Origin: Octopus bimaculoides
Taxonomy: Eukaryota
DNA length: 64,000 nucleotides
Assembly: GCF_001194135.2 (NCBI RefSeq)
Contig: NC_068983.1
Span: 122,899,435-122,963,434, forward strand
Direction of reading: 5' to 3'
Shown here: in pieces, positions 1-13,795 of the stretch
Layout of the letters: every line of letters begins with the position of its first letter
Position numbering within the stretch: the stretch's first letter is position 1
The notes under the pieces: model-generated
What the model saw: the letters and a program-made list of their open reading frames with translations, nothing else
Database searches by the model: none
What the model was told of the DNA's origin: nothing
Position numbers and translations under genes: made by a program

Positions 1-1804
1 AATTTCTAAATTATATATATTTTACCTTTGTAAATATTTTGACTGCATGTTTAGTGTAGCATTAATCTATTTTGTTTGTATATATTTGTTTTGTATGTAG
101 GCTGTTTGTGTATGCTGACACTTAATTGTTAATAATATTTTTTTTTAAATCTTCATGGAGTGTTGTTGTTTTGGGTTCACCCCATCATTGTTTGTTGTGT
201 AAATTCGGGTTATGACCACCAGATTGTAACACTATATAAAGACTCCCACATTTATTTATACTGAAGATTTTGTTTTGTATCACGGTCCACAGTTTCATTC
301 CATATTAAGATAGACAGAAAGTAATTGCTTTATTTTTATTGACAAAAATCTTTGTTTCTTCTTTTTACCCACTTCAAAATACTTGGAAGTTCTTAGCATG
401 ATGTGTATATTTTTTTCATTTCTCAAAATCAAAAAAGTGCCAAGTCTAAAATGAATTCAAATCATTCTAAATCAAGTAGATTGTAAGTCAAGCTTTAGGT
501 TCAACTAAATTTATAAAAGTGAAAATGTCAGTATTTGAATTTCCATCTAAGAACTCTTACAATAATTAAGGTACAAATAAATTCCAATAAAAAATATCAT
601 TTAAAAAAATCAAATGTGCTTTGAGTATGTTTTTTGCCAAGAGTTTTTAATAACTTTAGATTTACTTAGCTTTTAATATCTAAAAGAAAAACTTTATTCA
701 GTGTCATGGATATTTAAAACAATGTAAATTCAATTTTATCATTGATTTCTAGCATTTTCAGCTTGAATATTTTAATAGTTGATAGAATTATTTCTTTCTA
801 CTGATAAAAATTTTCATCTCCCCATTCCTTTTGCTTTTACTTCTTCTTTTACCATGTAACAAACTAGTAATTGTCTCTCAATAAATTGAAATGATTAATA
901 CATTGCAATCTTTCATAGAACAACAATACATAAAAACCATTTGTATTGTTGTTCCAAGATTCCCACCTTCTCTACTACAAACAGTACAATACTGCAGATC
1001 ATCCAATATAGTATTTTTCACATTATAACATGCTTTACACATATCATACCTATTGACTACCAACAAAACTGAAGAAAATTATTAAAACATAGACAACTTG
1101 TGTCCTGTGAAGATCACTTATGCCTAATCTACTTCATCTCCTTTAGTAAAGCAGTTACATATCTAATTAGCTATAAACATCTATACACATCAACACCAGC
1201 CAGCAAACTGTTTCAACATTAATTATCAATGACACATTCAAGAAACACTTGTCTACAAAAGAAATAAGTGTGAAGCCAATTGTCTTACTATGCCTCTTCT
1301 GAATTGATCATTAACATAATTGCTACACAACTCTAATAATATACCTACTAATCAAAGCAGAAGTTCCAATTGCTCATCAGCACTTCATATAACACTCCAC
1401 TTCAGAATAGAATATTTAGTGTAACCAGACATATTTGAATGGATAGTTTAATTCTATATAGTCTGTTAATCTAGAGTACAGCAATTATTATTTTTTTAAA
1501 ATTAATGTTCAGCACATGTCATAATGATTTTTCTAAATTGCTCTTCAGGTATACCTTTTATTGTCCCAATATCTTCTTCCTCTTTTATGAGTTACATCAA
1601 TGGATTTTTATCTGTAGATTTCTAGAGTCTCAAGTCCATTAATTTATAAACTCTATAAGTGCTTAAGATTAACTTAAGATTAATATTTCTATTAACTGGG
1701 TATAGCCTCAAGAATTTCTAACTTCCTTTCTTATATAGCCAGCTATAACTTATTGCTGAACCATTTCATCTAAAACAATTGGCTTTAACATTCTTAATTT
1801 TCAG

Positions 1805-1916
1805 GTTGTTTCCAAGTGCTAAAATATTAACTGAATTGGATCAAGCATCAAATATGAGATTCATGAACTTTAGAGTTCTTGATAATTATTCAATGCAAAT
1901 TGCGAAATTAGAAAAA
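1805..1916 (+). CDS. KCNT: Slo2/KCNT potassium channel, internal exon (first visible; upstream exons lie outside the window)
   Basis: tttcag|G...GAAAAA|gtaagt; translates (R)[37 protein letters not shown], matching the KCNT1 RCK2 segment [37 protein letters not shown] recalled from memory. Confidence 0.95.
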
Positions 1917-2529
1917 GTAAGTTTTGACTTTTCAATGATATTAGTATTGTAAGGATTGGTGTCTCTTCATGTGTCGTTTATATGGTTTTTATCTATATAA
2001 TTCTTGGTTGTTTTTCTATTATTACATTTCACATATCAATTTTAAGGATATAGAAGATGAAGAAACCATTATTTTTTATTAGACATTAGATAAACCAAAA
2101 TGTCAGGAGAATACAAGTGAATATGTACATTAATTTTTTATACAACTTTAAGCAAAATGATTTATACATGAAACATTTGTTTAAATAGGATAAAATTCAA
2201 AAGTCAAGGAATACTGACATAGTTTAAAGATGTTGTATACTGTTATCATTAATAATGAAATAAGCTCTTTATTATTGGCACAAAAGCCTCTGAGGAATTT
2301 TTTTACTGTCCTACCATTATTGGCAACATATTCTACTTATTTAGAGGGATCTAATTTCAACATCAAACAGCAGTATATTCTGACAACTTACTAAATATAT
2401 TTTGTTTTGTTTACATGTGTCTCTTTATCTGCCTGATTTTCTCAATATATTATTTTTATGTATGCACATATCAGTCTGTTTGCCTGTCTGCCTATTTATC
2501 TGTGACCGGTGCAAAGTCCCAACAAGGCC

Positions 2530-2878
2530 AAGGGTACTGTGGTGGTGAAACAAAGAGGTAGACCATGCTATAACAACAAAGAGACAGGCTTGGAAGGACT
2601 GGGAAAATAGTGGTAGTGGAGAATATCAGATAGGGAAGCTAGTTGACAATTTTACAGAAAGTAGGAGATATGCCAATGTTCTACAATATGAGGATCAGAG
2701 GTGTGAGGTGTTCCAGATTGCAAAGCAATGTATCAGTGGGAAAAGAGAATTTGCAGATGAGAAATGTGTGTGAATGGATAATGACATGCTTGCACTTAGA
2801 GATTTTGAGAAGAAAGAGACATGGAAGTGCCACTATGAAAGGTTGCTAAGTGTGGAGAATGCATAGGAAAAAGAGATG
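2530..2878 (+). mobile_element. RTE-clade LINE remnant (endonuclease-RT linker)
   Basis: Degenerate translation WWW...EDQRCEVFQIAKQ...DEKCV*...KKETWKCHYERLLSVE, typical of RTE ORF linkers; stops and frameshifts. Confidence 0.75.
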
Positions 2879-3678
2879 ACATTAGCCCTGTTTATATTCA
2901 GTCTTCTTCCCACCATCATCTTTATCTCTTAGTTATCACAATGCCTATTTATAAAGGATTGCCTCAAATTTGTTTGTACCCAATACACTATATCCTCACT
3001 CTTTCTGTACCATGTTATCATGCTTTTCTAGAGTGTGAAAATTGCAGTGCAGCATTATTCACAATTGACATTTATCACTTCCTTGCTTTTGTACATCTGT
3101 TACTATCCATCACTCTCTTTCTCCCCTTCTATTATGCTTACCCCAGTCACTCTGTTCCTCTCACCATACTCTTGTTTCTTTCCCCCATCCTCCTTCCTTC
3201 TTCTGTCATCAGTCTCTCTTCTATTTACCTACATAGTCATGATGCCGGGAGTGAATGGACACTCTATAGGGTGAAGTTACCTTGTTCCTTACAGAAGCAA
3301 AGTAACCTCATTAGTGCTGGCTCCATGATAAAATACACCCAACACACTCTGTCAAGTGGTTGGTGACAGAAAGGGCATAGAGCTATAGATACTAAGTCAA
3401 AAATGAAACATATGAATGAGCCATCAGCTGGTGAATGGTAAAGCAAAGGCTATGACCAATCAGCTGATCAGTTGATTAATTGAACAATTGAGCAAGTAAT
3501 GCTTAACCAATTTACTTATAACAACATAAAGTTAAATAAAAGTAGTTCATATTATCAGTTTCGACACATGATCTGACATCAAGAATTTTGCAAAAGCAAA
3601 AACAAAATATCAATTATATTTTATGATAAATCAATTATCTTTTCATCTTTGTAACACTTATTTTATTTTCGATGATAG

Positions 3679-3783
3679 AAAATTGCAAGTCAAGTATCTT
3701 CCAACTTGTGTCACATGTTCCGGCTTCCCTTCGCTGCTGGCCGTGTTTTTAGTGCTAGTATGCTTGACACTCTTTTATATCAG
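3679..3783 (+). CDS. KCNT: Slo2/KCNT exon
   Basis: gatag|AAA...TATCAG|gtaagt, phase 0-0; [35 protein letters not shown] contains the Slo2 signature [23 protein letters not shown]. Confidence 0.97.
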
Positions 3784-4689
3784 GTAAGTAAATGATTGAA
3801 TTTATTTAATCTTTCATTTCATTTTAATTTTAGAGGTATTGGTTCAGAATAATGCTCAGTTTTTCATCAGCACTTTAAATTGCAGAAATCAAACTTGTAT
3901 TCTTTTCTTTAGGCAGTCATATACACTAATCATCCTTCTGTATTTTTCTTATCCAACATCTAGTAACTCATTCTTTATGGTGATATGAGCACTACCTTAT
4001 TTCATTTCTGCCTATTTCTGAATAAGATTAACCATTCTGCTTATTACCTAACACCAGACTGCAAGCAACTAACAAGGTTTCAACCCAAATTAGCATGAAT
4101 TTTCATCTCTAAGTACCAATTTACAATACAAGTGACTTTTTCTGGTTAATTTTTACTCCTAACATGCATGCAGTTAACTTCTGAGGTCATTAATAGCATA
4201 ATGAAGCTCAGTAGGTTAGCAGGATCCAAAGTAGGTGACATTGCCACAATATGATTGCTAAACTTGTTTTCTCCTCTCTTTGATGTATATTTCAGTAACT
4301 CTCTTACACTAAAATTAATCTATCCTTTTTTTCTGCATTTATATTCTCATCACTCATCTTCAGGTTATATCCTTGTGAGATACTTTAGCATTCACCTCCA
4401 TATTTTTGGAATATATTGTCTGTACCAGTAATTATCTGTATTTTATCTGATAATATTACTTCGCTTTTTTAAATATTTTTCTCATCTTAAAAATATCAGA
4501 CTCAGCTGATAAAATGATGGCTGTAGGTTCAATTCATAGCCTATCTCAGGAATATCACTTTAATATGTTTTACACAATGAAGATGAAAAAAATATAGTTC
4601 AAGAAAGAGACCTGGAATTAAAATATACTTAAACATATATGAAACATAATTTAATCAAGTTTATTATATATTTTTATTTTCTAAATTTG

Positions 4690-5090
4690 AATGGGCATCC
4701 AGCTGTAAAATTCATGCCAAAATTAACCTTACCTGTGCTTGTGCCACGTAAAAAGCACTGCATCCACCCCGCAGAGTGGCTGGTGTTAATAAGGGCATCC
4801 AGCCATAAAAAACTGTTATGTCTCAAGCTACTGTTATCTAGCACCTTCGGATGATCTCTACTCAACCGCTACTCAACGGCTACTCAACTGTCACTCGACA
4901 CTCTACCACGGTCAGACTACCTCTATTTATATGTCTTGGGCGATCCTACTTCTTTGCTTGGGGTTGTCGACACAACAAAACCCCTGCCAAAACAGTCAGT
5001 AGCATAGGGTAGTTTTTGTACCTGGCCAACTCCTATGAACCATCCTACCCATGCATGCATGGAAGATGGATGTTAAACAACGGTGATGAT
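4690..5090 (+). mobile_element. SINE-like dispersed repeat (GGCATCCAGC...CATGC...GTTAAAC(GAT)n family) interrupted by a solo LTR
   Basis: Similar to copies at about 13300-13460 and 58890-59265. Confidence 0.7.
4814..4977. mobile_element. Solo LTR (164 bp)
   Basis: TGTTAT...ACAACA termini, flanked by 4-bp AAAC duplication (4810-4813, 4978-4981); host repeat resumes after it. Confidence 0.7.
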
Positions 5091-5385
5091 GTCAATGAAT
5101 ATACCATAGAATATTTAATATAGTAATCTGTAAGACATATGGATTGCTATATTAAATTTCATGTTTTTGTACTTCTAGTAATTCTTTATTTCTATGCATA
5201 AACTAAAATTCAGTATGATAAAAACATCGATAAATTTTTCTTTTCTCCTTTTACTTCCCAAAAATATAATGCAAAACAAACAAATAAAAAATGAGAAAGC
5301 ATTATGATTAGCACATTCATAGATCGTATTTTTTCTGTTCATTTAAATGTTATTAAAAACTAATTTTTTCTTTGGTTTATTTCAG

Positions 5386-5469
5386 ACGTTTGAGAAAGGA
5401 TATCTTATTGCATTTATTCGTCTTTTCTTGGGAATTGATTCCTCAGAAAATTCTGGACATCTTTCAAGT
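5386..5469 (+). CDS. KCNT: Slo2/KCNT exon
   Basis: tttcag|ACG...AGT|gtaagg, phase 0-0; TFEKGYLIAFIRLFLGIDSSENSGHLSS aligns with KCNT1 [28 protein letters not shown]. Confidence 0.95.
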
Positions 5470-5635
5470 GTAAGGAAATTATTTTTCAAATAAAGTGCAC
5501 CCATTACCTTGGTGAGAGAGAATTACTCAAATGACATGAATTATGAAACAAAATAACCCAGGAGATGTGCTAAATGCCATATATAAGTTCCTATTTTTAT
5601 TATAGAAACAAAAATTTAATTGTTAGCAACTCTAA

Positions 5636-6050
5636 ATGAGAAGAAGGGATAATTATTCTTTTATTCTTTTACCTGTTTCAGCCATTTGGCTGTGGCCATG
5701 CTGGAGCACCACCTTAAAGGGTTTTAGTCAAAGAAATCAACCCCAGGACTTATTCTTTGTAAGCCTAGTACTTATTCTACTGGTCTCTTTTGCTGAACCA
5801 TTAAGCTATGGGGACATAAACACAACAGCATCAGTTGACATGGGGACAAACACAGACACACACACATAAATATATGCATATATATAAACGACGGCCTTAT
5901 TTCAGATTCTGTCTACTGAATCCACTCACAAAGCTTTGATTGGCCCAAGGCTATAGTAGAAGTTACTTGCCCAAGGTGCCATACAGCGGGACTGAACCCA
6001 GAACCATGTGGTTGAGAAGCAAGCTTCTTACCACACAGCCATGCCTGCAC
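5636..6050 (-). mobile_element. Two adjacent tRNA-derived SINE copies
   Basis: Reverse-complement similarity to the 14676-14897 / 50313-50590 family (5636-5880) and to the 33043-33208 family (5888-6050); CpGs largely decayed. Confidence 0.65.
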
Positions 6051-6593
6051 CTATTAGATCTTTAAAAATAACTTCCCTAAGTTTAACTGTGAAATTATTC
6101 ATAATTTCTTGAAATTATCTCCCCCTTTTCTCAATCATGCTGACTAACAGTCACTGCTAGGTTTTATTTTCCATTTTCATCTACAAAAAAGATTTTACTA
6201 AATTAAGAATCTAAAATGTACAGCACTTTATGCACCATCCTTACTTCTGTTTGTTATATAAATTTAAGTTTGTGAGTATATCAAGTGAAGAGTGTGTGAA
6301 TGAGTGGAAGAGAATCAGGTACATCATGTACATTTTCAGAGTAACATCCTATATCTATTTTAAATCTTAAAATCTCTTTGTTACTTTAGACCTTAGCTAT
6401 GATATTTTACAATCTATAAAAAAGGAGTTATACTTTTTTTTAGCAAAGGATCATATTTTTTATTATTTAATAACATAAGTTGTTGATCTTGCAATAGCAT
6501 AGCAGGTAGACTTTATTTTTAAAGGTAAATTGTGAGAAATACTATTGTGTAAGCAAGAAGTGGACTATATGAGGAATTTGATAGATATGTGAT

Positions 6594-6594
6594 G

Positions 6595-6645
<51 letters not shown>
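6594..6645. repeat. (TA)n microsatellite
   Basis: Direct reading. Confidence 0.95.
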
Positions 6646-6649
<4 letters not shown>

Positions 6650-7765
6650 TTTTTTTTTATTCAACAATTGATTTTCCATCCCCTATCATTAAGATATATG
6701 TATATGTGTATATGAATAGGAATAACACCTGTTTTTCTAAACAGCCTCAGGTAAGTAAAATAGGGATTTTGTGCAAGAAAATTCATGATGATGATTTGGA
6801 AAATAACAGTAGCTCTGTTGTAGCTGTCATTACCTTTACTGCCCTTGTAACTATGATGATGAATTATAATGCATGTTAAGTAAATGTTTTACCAGATATA
6901 ACATATTTCACTAGGTATAACATCTCTATGCTATCTGGGAGCAGTTTGTGACAGCTTGCACATGTTTAATCCCATTGGTTATCCATTGCTTTGATTTGTC
7001 TGCAAATTTTGTTCAGGATTGTAATAGAGACAAGCGATGTAATTTTATTTAGTGCCAAGATTAAATTTTTTAAGATTTAATGCAAAGTTGACAAGAACAA
7101 CTGATGTTGAAATATCATTGAGTGGATGTCTTGATTCAAAGGTAATAATTTGTTTAAGATAATTTATTAATGGTGTTCTAGTTAACTACTTTTGTATCAA
7201 GACATTTACAAGTAACTGAGCATAATTTTCATAAGCAGTATAAGGTGAAGCAAATTACGACCATATCTTGATGATTTTTGAATATTTTGTTTAGTAAGTA
7301 ATCACTGGAAGTGTTATCTTGCTGAACTGGCTGGTGTTTGCTTAGTGGCTAAGAGCCTAAAGATCAAATAATGACTGGTAATAATCCAAGTAAAACCTGT
7401 GGACCATAAAAAGAATAATGTTTTATGACGGTGTCTAATTAATCTTTAAAAATTCAATTTATTAAATGCCACATGTTGCTTGAAAGAGGTTGACATGCCG
7501 ATGTGATGTGTAGTATTTTAGTCTTTATAGAGGGACTTGGTAGAAAATGATATTGTACATGTATAGAGGAGAACTTTTTTCAGAGTGGTGGATAACTTTA
7601 TATTCTTTTTATTTTTTGTGTGGATGATAAGTGTGTTTTAAGCAAAGATTTAGACTGTTGTGTGGTTAGACTTTTATGATAAAGGAAATTTTATAGTTAT
7701 GAATAAAAATTTTTGTTGTTAGTACTAATAATTTTGGTGATAATTAACATAGTTTTTACTTTCAG

Positions 7766-7915
7766 ATTCAAGTTCGGAGAAGTACTTTGAATAAAATGAC
7801 AACTTATGGAGAATTGTATAAGCATTTATGTGAAACAGTTGGAGAAATACCAATTGCTTTATATAGATCAGAACCTATAAATCCTGTAATGCAACAGTCT
7901 TTTAAGATTAAAGAA
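7766..7915 (+). CDS. KCNT: Slo2/KCNT exon
   Basis: tttcag|ATT...GAA|gtaagc, phase 0-0; IQVRRSTLNKMTTYGELYKHLCETVGEIPIALYRSEPINPVMQQSFKIKE (cf. KCNT1 [24 protein letters not shown]). Confidence 0.95.
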
Positions 7916-9590
7916 GTAAGCAAATATAAGAGGTTATATATAAAGGTACATCAAGTAATTATTAGATGTGAGATTAAAAACAACAAAAATTTAACTGTAA
8001 AACTTGTAACTCCTTATTTAAGAGATTTAAAATTTTTCCTGTTTTAGTTTAATTAAACTCTAATTTAAAGGGTGCCTTTATAGTTATAAAAATTTTGTAA
8101 TCTATATGCAAGATAAATTTTTAAAATTCTAATATTCTTCCCTAAATTTAAACCAATAAACTACGAATCATGTACCTTTTGAAAGCTTTGTAAGAGATGT
8201 ATACTCATGATTATATAACTACTAATTTAAAAACTTGACATTTCACCCTTACTCACTACCCCCCCCCCCCCATCCTTGAATACTATCAAGAAAGGAATTT
8301 TTTTCCTTAAATTAAATCTTGAAACAATAGCTTCTGTGAAATTATTGTTTCTTGCTTAGTCATGAAGCTTGATATTTGTTTAGTGAGAAAGAGTAAACTG
8401 TGATCATTATACATTTCTCAAGAATGTTTATATAAATGGTTTTGTGATTAGAATTAAATCACAGACTCAGAAAACTTAAAGAATATCTATGGAGTTAATC
8501 CTTAGTTACCTCAGATAATGCTCTTTGAGTAATATATTTTCATTTTGAAGAATAGAATGTAATATCAATTTTAGTATTAGACTAAATAACAAAAAATTTG
8601 AAGAAGTAAACTTCAGCACAAATAATGAAATTAACTCTTTTAAAGGAAATTGATTTTTCTCACACTCATTTTAAATAGATTACAAATTATTTTTGCATTT
8701 TACATGTTGTAATCATTGCTAAAACATCTCAAAAATCTATGTTTGTAGCTTGTTACCATGGATTCAGTATCATTCATTGAAGAACATATTTTCTAAAAAA
8801 ACAAATTAATTTCGAATACTTTTCTTTCTCATGATATTAAATTCTTGGGGTAATAAGTATTAAGATAATTATCTCCAATTTTGATATAAATGATTTTTTT
8901 ATTTAAAATATAAAAACATGAATGTTACTAAAATGACCATTTCAACTTCCAGAAGTGGGATTTTATAATTTTACAAAATAATATGAAATTGTATAAAATT
9001 TTCAGAAAATGTATCAGAAATACATTTACATGTTAAAAGCAGAACACCTTTCAACCACTTCTGATTTACCATATATTTTTAAGGCAGTTGTTTATTGAGG
9101 TTTCTTTCCTATGATATCATCATTTCTACTCTCCCCAAGCATAATACAGAGGTATATGCATAATTCTGAATCTGACTATCTAAAAGGGAAATTTTATTTT
9201 ATTAAACATCACAGATTCGCGCATATATCTGTAAAAAGTGTTTGAATGGCCAATAAAAAGTATATATGTTATTTACAGCGATAGAGAGACAGAGGATTCA
9301 TAAGTTCCTTTGAAAGAATTCCTTCTAGACTGAAATTTATTAAACCACTTGGAAATAATAGCTTGAATAAAGGTGGCTTCATTCAAGGGACATGTTGTCG
9401 AGATTAGAGTATTTGATGTTGCTATTTTAAAATCCTATTGATCATGTAATATAGGAGTAAGCTAATATCTTGCTATGCTATATTGTAAGATTTTAGATGA
9501 TTATGGACAAGTATTGGCTAAAGACTAGCATAATATTTCTTTTAGAATTAGTCCAAAAGTCTTGTTCACCTAATCTAATTAGTGATAGTA

Positions 9591-10350
9591 CAAGGGTCAG
9601 CTGAAAAGTTCGTAGGCTTACCAAGATACTTTTATGGAATGTGACCAAATGAAGTTTATTTTTCAACATAGTCCCCCTTGCGGTCAACACATTTCTTCCA
9701 CTGGTATTCCAGTGCTTGGATCCCATTGGTGAAGAAGCTTTCATCCTGTTGGTCAAAAAAATTCATCAGCAGCAGACATAACATCATCATCATCACTGCA
9801 ACACTGGTTCCTAGCCAAATGTTTTCTCATGTTGGGGAACAGATGATAATCAGATGGGAGTAAAATCAGAAGAATAGGGAGAGTGATAAACCTGTTCAAA
9901 GTCAGTCATGCACAGTAGCCATTGACGCCAAGGTGTTGTGTGCGGGAGTATCGTCCTAATGAAACAAAATCCCTTTTGTCAATTTTCTTGGGTGTATTGT
10001 CTTGATAGCCTTTTGTAACTCCCTCAGCAAGTTGGTATAGTACTCTCCATTGATGGTGTGACCCTTTTGAAGATAGTCAATAAAGACAATGCCTTTTACA
10101 TCCCAAAAAACTGAGGCATCACCTTCTCTGCAGATGAAATGACCATGGCCTTCTTTAGAGCAGGTGAGGAGATCTGTTTCCACTGCAAGGATTGTCTCTT
10201 TGTCTCTGGCTCAAAGTGATGAAGCCAACACTCATCCTGGGTAAGAAAATGCTCAAGGAAACCAGCTGGATCTCCCTCAAACACTGTCAGATTTTCTTGT
10301 GATGTGATTGGCCTGGTGTGCTTTTGATCAGGTGTCAGATGTGGCACTCA
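9591..10350 (-). mobile_element. Mariner transposon, 5'-truncated and degenerate
   Basis: TA + TIR-like CAAGGGTCAGCTGAAAAGTTC at 9589-9611; minus-strand fragments LTQDECWLHHFEPETKRQSLQW, VFWDVKGIVFIDYLQKGHTINGEYY and an SDYHLFP motif. Confidence 0.92.
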
Positions 10351-10367
10351 CTGAGCAGAAAGCTTTG

Positions 10368-11613
10368 TCATGCCAAGTTCATTGTGCAGAATATTGTCTT
10401 CTGATTTTTTTGTACTAGTCTTACGTGGAAACACTCTTTCCATTGAATTTCTTCCATGTCATGCCTTAATCTTAATATCCTGTCACACTCTTCCAGCAGT
10501 TTCTGCAATGTCGAATCCTGATTCATTTCTAGTTTTGCTGGAATTTTTATTTGGATTTCTGCATCCCTTCTATCTATCAATCCTTGTGCAAAAATCAAAC
10601 ACTTGAAAGAATCTGGAGTTAGCATATCTAGTCTAAATCACTCACATTCTTTGTTGACTCTGCCTCTGTAAATAGTGAAGTCTTCATCTTCACTCTTTTC
10701 TATGTTTAAACATTTCCATCTAGTATTAAACAGGGAGCTCTTTTCACTAAACATTTTGCACAAAATATCAACTGTGTCGGTGAAATTTATGTTGGACTCT
10801 TTTTTTTGGCAGTATGAAGTCCCTTTACTTCTCATGCTCTGCTGGCTCTAGTTTTCTTAAAACTAGATGCGTTTTCATTTCGTCTGTCCAATACTGGCAT
10901 CTGTTTTCAAAAATTTCTTGAAATCTTTGAAAGTAAGCCTCAAAGGTTAAACCTTCTTTGGGGTCATATTTGAATTTGCATATGGAATTTGCTACATAGT
11001 CAGGTGAAAATGTATTCTCTGGATTGGTTATCAACTTCATTATGTGTAACATTTGCTGCTGCAATCCTTGTTATTGTTCTTGTTGTTCCTTGAGTTGTTG
11101 TTATTACTGTTTTTGTAACTTAACTATCCCAGCTAACAAGTCTTCCATATTTTATGATTTTTGTTAATTTGCACAACAAAAGTTTTGTTTCTTTTTTGTA
11201 AAGATACTTAATTTTCCACATGAATTAGTTTAAACACTTCATGTGAATGTTTTTTTCTTCTCTGCATAAATTTCTTTTTCCTCATCGCCACTGTTGTAAA
11301 GCAATCTTTTACCACTGTTGTATCTGTCTTTTGACAACAGTTGTCACTCTGACAGATATTGTTATATTCCAAAGTCGCCAATAGAATGGTTCCAGTTGTA
11401 ACAGTGTTATTATCCTCAAACGGCTGGATTGTTATAATGTCCATTCAGTATCACAGTATAATTACTATATCAGCACAGACATGACTCTCAACACAGTCTA
11501 CACATACTGTCGACCTTCTAGACCGTCTCCTGTTGATCGGCTACTGGTCTATTTATAATGGCTGCCTACTACCACTTTTTACCGGAAGGGGTCTACAGTT
11601 TCACTATGCAACA
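10368..11613 (-). mobile_element. Gypsy-type LTR retrotransposon 5' fragment (LTR, PBS, gag)
   Basis: TGTTGC start at 11613; PBS-like TGGCGACTTTGG at about 11380-11369; gag fragments FKYDPKEGLTFEAYFQRF, FSEKSSLFNTRWKCL, FKCLIFAQGL resembling K02A2.6-like Gypsy gag; pol absent. Confidence 0.8.
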
Positions 11614-11692
11614 AATTCCAAAGTTAATTATTATATATTATATGTAAACCACTTTTCTTCATCAAGTAACATGTTGATTTTATTTTATCAAG

Positions 11693-11870
11693 GGAGAAGT
11701 AATGAACAATTCATTGAAAATCAAAAATTCATTTTCTGAACAAGACATGACCAAACCAAATTTAAGCAAAAGAAGGCAATCTTGGAGGATAACTACCAAT
11801 GATAAACCTGATATTGCTAGTATTGTGACTGCAAGAATGGGTTGTTTGGATATGAAAACAACAGATTATA
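11693..11870 (+). CDS. KCNT: Slo2/KCNT exon (divergent C-terminal tail)
   Basis: ttttatcaag|GGA...GATTATA|gtaagt, phase 0-1; ends DKPDIASIVTARMGCLDMKTTDY, positionally equivalent to KCNT1 [23 protein letters not shown]; phases fit both neighbours. Confidence 0.85.
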
Positions 11871-12433
11871 GTAAGTCCTTTCATGTTGTAATCATTGTAA
11901 ATGATTAATTAAATTTTGGTCTCTGGTGTAACTGGTAAAAAGGGAACTGGTTGTTGTTGGAGTTGTTGGTCATCATTGATCTATGATCAAGCAAACATTT
12001 CAGCTATGATCCCAAATTTTTAGGATTATTAAAGCTACATTGTCTAACGAATCCTTGCCTTTTTATGTTTAAAGAATTTGTTGTTAAATATCTATGGGTC
12101 TGAGAAAGTGACAAAAGCAACAGTCCTGGTTTTTCTTGTTATGTTTTGTTTTGTGTAGTTTAAATCTGTTTTTGGATGCTTTCTAAGATTTCTATGTGCA
12201 TAAATATTTTGCTAGAGATCACTTACTTTTCCAGTGTTTGGTTTCTATTTTACACACATATATCACTTTTGTATTTCTTCCATGTGTGATATTTAACTGC
12301 TTGATGCTACATTCAAAGTTACTCAGTTTGTGTTAAGTAAAGATTTACTTCAGCAAACATGCCACATATTGTGGAGTTGTAAAAATATTCAAATGATTAA
12401 AATGATTTAATATTTTTGAAACTGTATTTGCAG

Positions 12434-12518
12434 ATCAATTTAACAAAGAGAAAAACATTCGGTCATTTATAATATTGAATCCTTCAGTTAACTGTCGATT
12501 GAAAAATGGAGATCTTAT
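12434..12518 (+). CDS. KCNT: Slo2/KCNT exon
   Basis: tttgcag|AT...CTTAT|gtaagt, phase 1-2; (N)QFNKEKNIRSFIILNPSVNCRLKNGDL(I) (cf. KCNT1 SYVLINPPPDTRLEPSDIV). Confidence 0.92.
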
Positions 12519-13099
12519 GTAAGTATTACAAAATTACCAAGACTTAAGCAAAATGATTGTTTAAATTACATATAACATAATCCCTCATGTGGTAAACATA
12601 ATCCCTCATTTGGTTTAACACTACTACCTGGTACTTTGGGTTTCTTTAATGGAGTCTACTTTGTTGCAAGCATTTGAACTCAGTCTCTGTATTAAAGATA
12701 TCTCTCCCCATCCCTCCCTCTCACTAGTCTCAGAAACTTTGTGAAGGATCATGGACACTGTCCGCCCTACTAAACAATAAAATAAAAGGTTGCAATAAGA
12801 AACCAACCAGTTAACACAAATTTGGAATGAATTAATGGGCTGAAATATTAGTTTATCTTTTCTTTTATCATTTACTTCTTTCGGTCGTTGGCTTGAGTCT
12901 GTGTTGGAGCAATATCAGGCTTTTAGTCAAACTAATCAATCTCAGTATTTAGTTTTTAAGTCTGGTACTTATTTTATCAGTCTCCTTTGTGACACCATTA
13001 AGCTACAGGGATGTAAAGAAACTAACACCGCCAGTTGTCAAGCAGTGGTAGGACACAAATACAAACGTAAAGATGCACACACATAGATGTATTTATTTC

Positions 13100-13795
13100 T
13101 CTGTCTAACCATGTGGTCATAGGTTCATTCTCTCTTTAGCCCTGGGAAGACCAAAGCCTTGCAAAAGAATTTAATACACAAGCTGGAAGAAGCCTATTAT
13201 ATATGTATATGTAATTGTATGTTTGTGTTCCCTAGTCTTGACATTACATGATAGTTGTAAATGAGTATTATTGTCATACAAGTAATGTTTTTCATTCCAG
13301 TCTTCAGTGAAAAACATTCCTGGCCATAAGGAAATATAACCTTACTTGGAAACAGGTGAGGGTTGGTGACAGGAAGGGCATCCACCCACTGAAAATCTGC
13401 CTCAACAAATTCCATCTGACCCATCCAATCATGGAAAAGTGGGCATTAAACGATGATGTTGGTTTATATAATGTGTGTATGCCATCAGCATTTTCAATAT
13501 CTTTGTTTTAATATCCACTTTTTCACACTCACATGTATCAGATGGAATTTATTGAGACAGATTTTCTATGGTCAAATGCACTGATGCACATGCACATATC
13601 TATTTATCTTGCTGTCTGTCTGCATGCATACATACATGCATACAATGGGATTTCAGTTTCTGTTTACCAAATTCATTTATGAAACTTTGGTTGGCCCAGA
13701 GCTATAGTAGAAGACACTTGCCCAAGGTGCTATACTGTGGGATTGAACTCTGAAACATGTGGTTGGGAAGCAAACTTCTTATCACACAGCCATGC
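13100..13795. mobile_element. Cluster of decayed SINE-like repeats
   Basis: Similarity to the 33043-33208 family (13100-13200 plus, 13645-13795 minus) and the 58890-59265 family (13200-13460). Confidence 0.6.
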
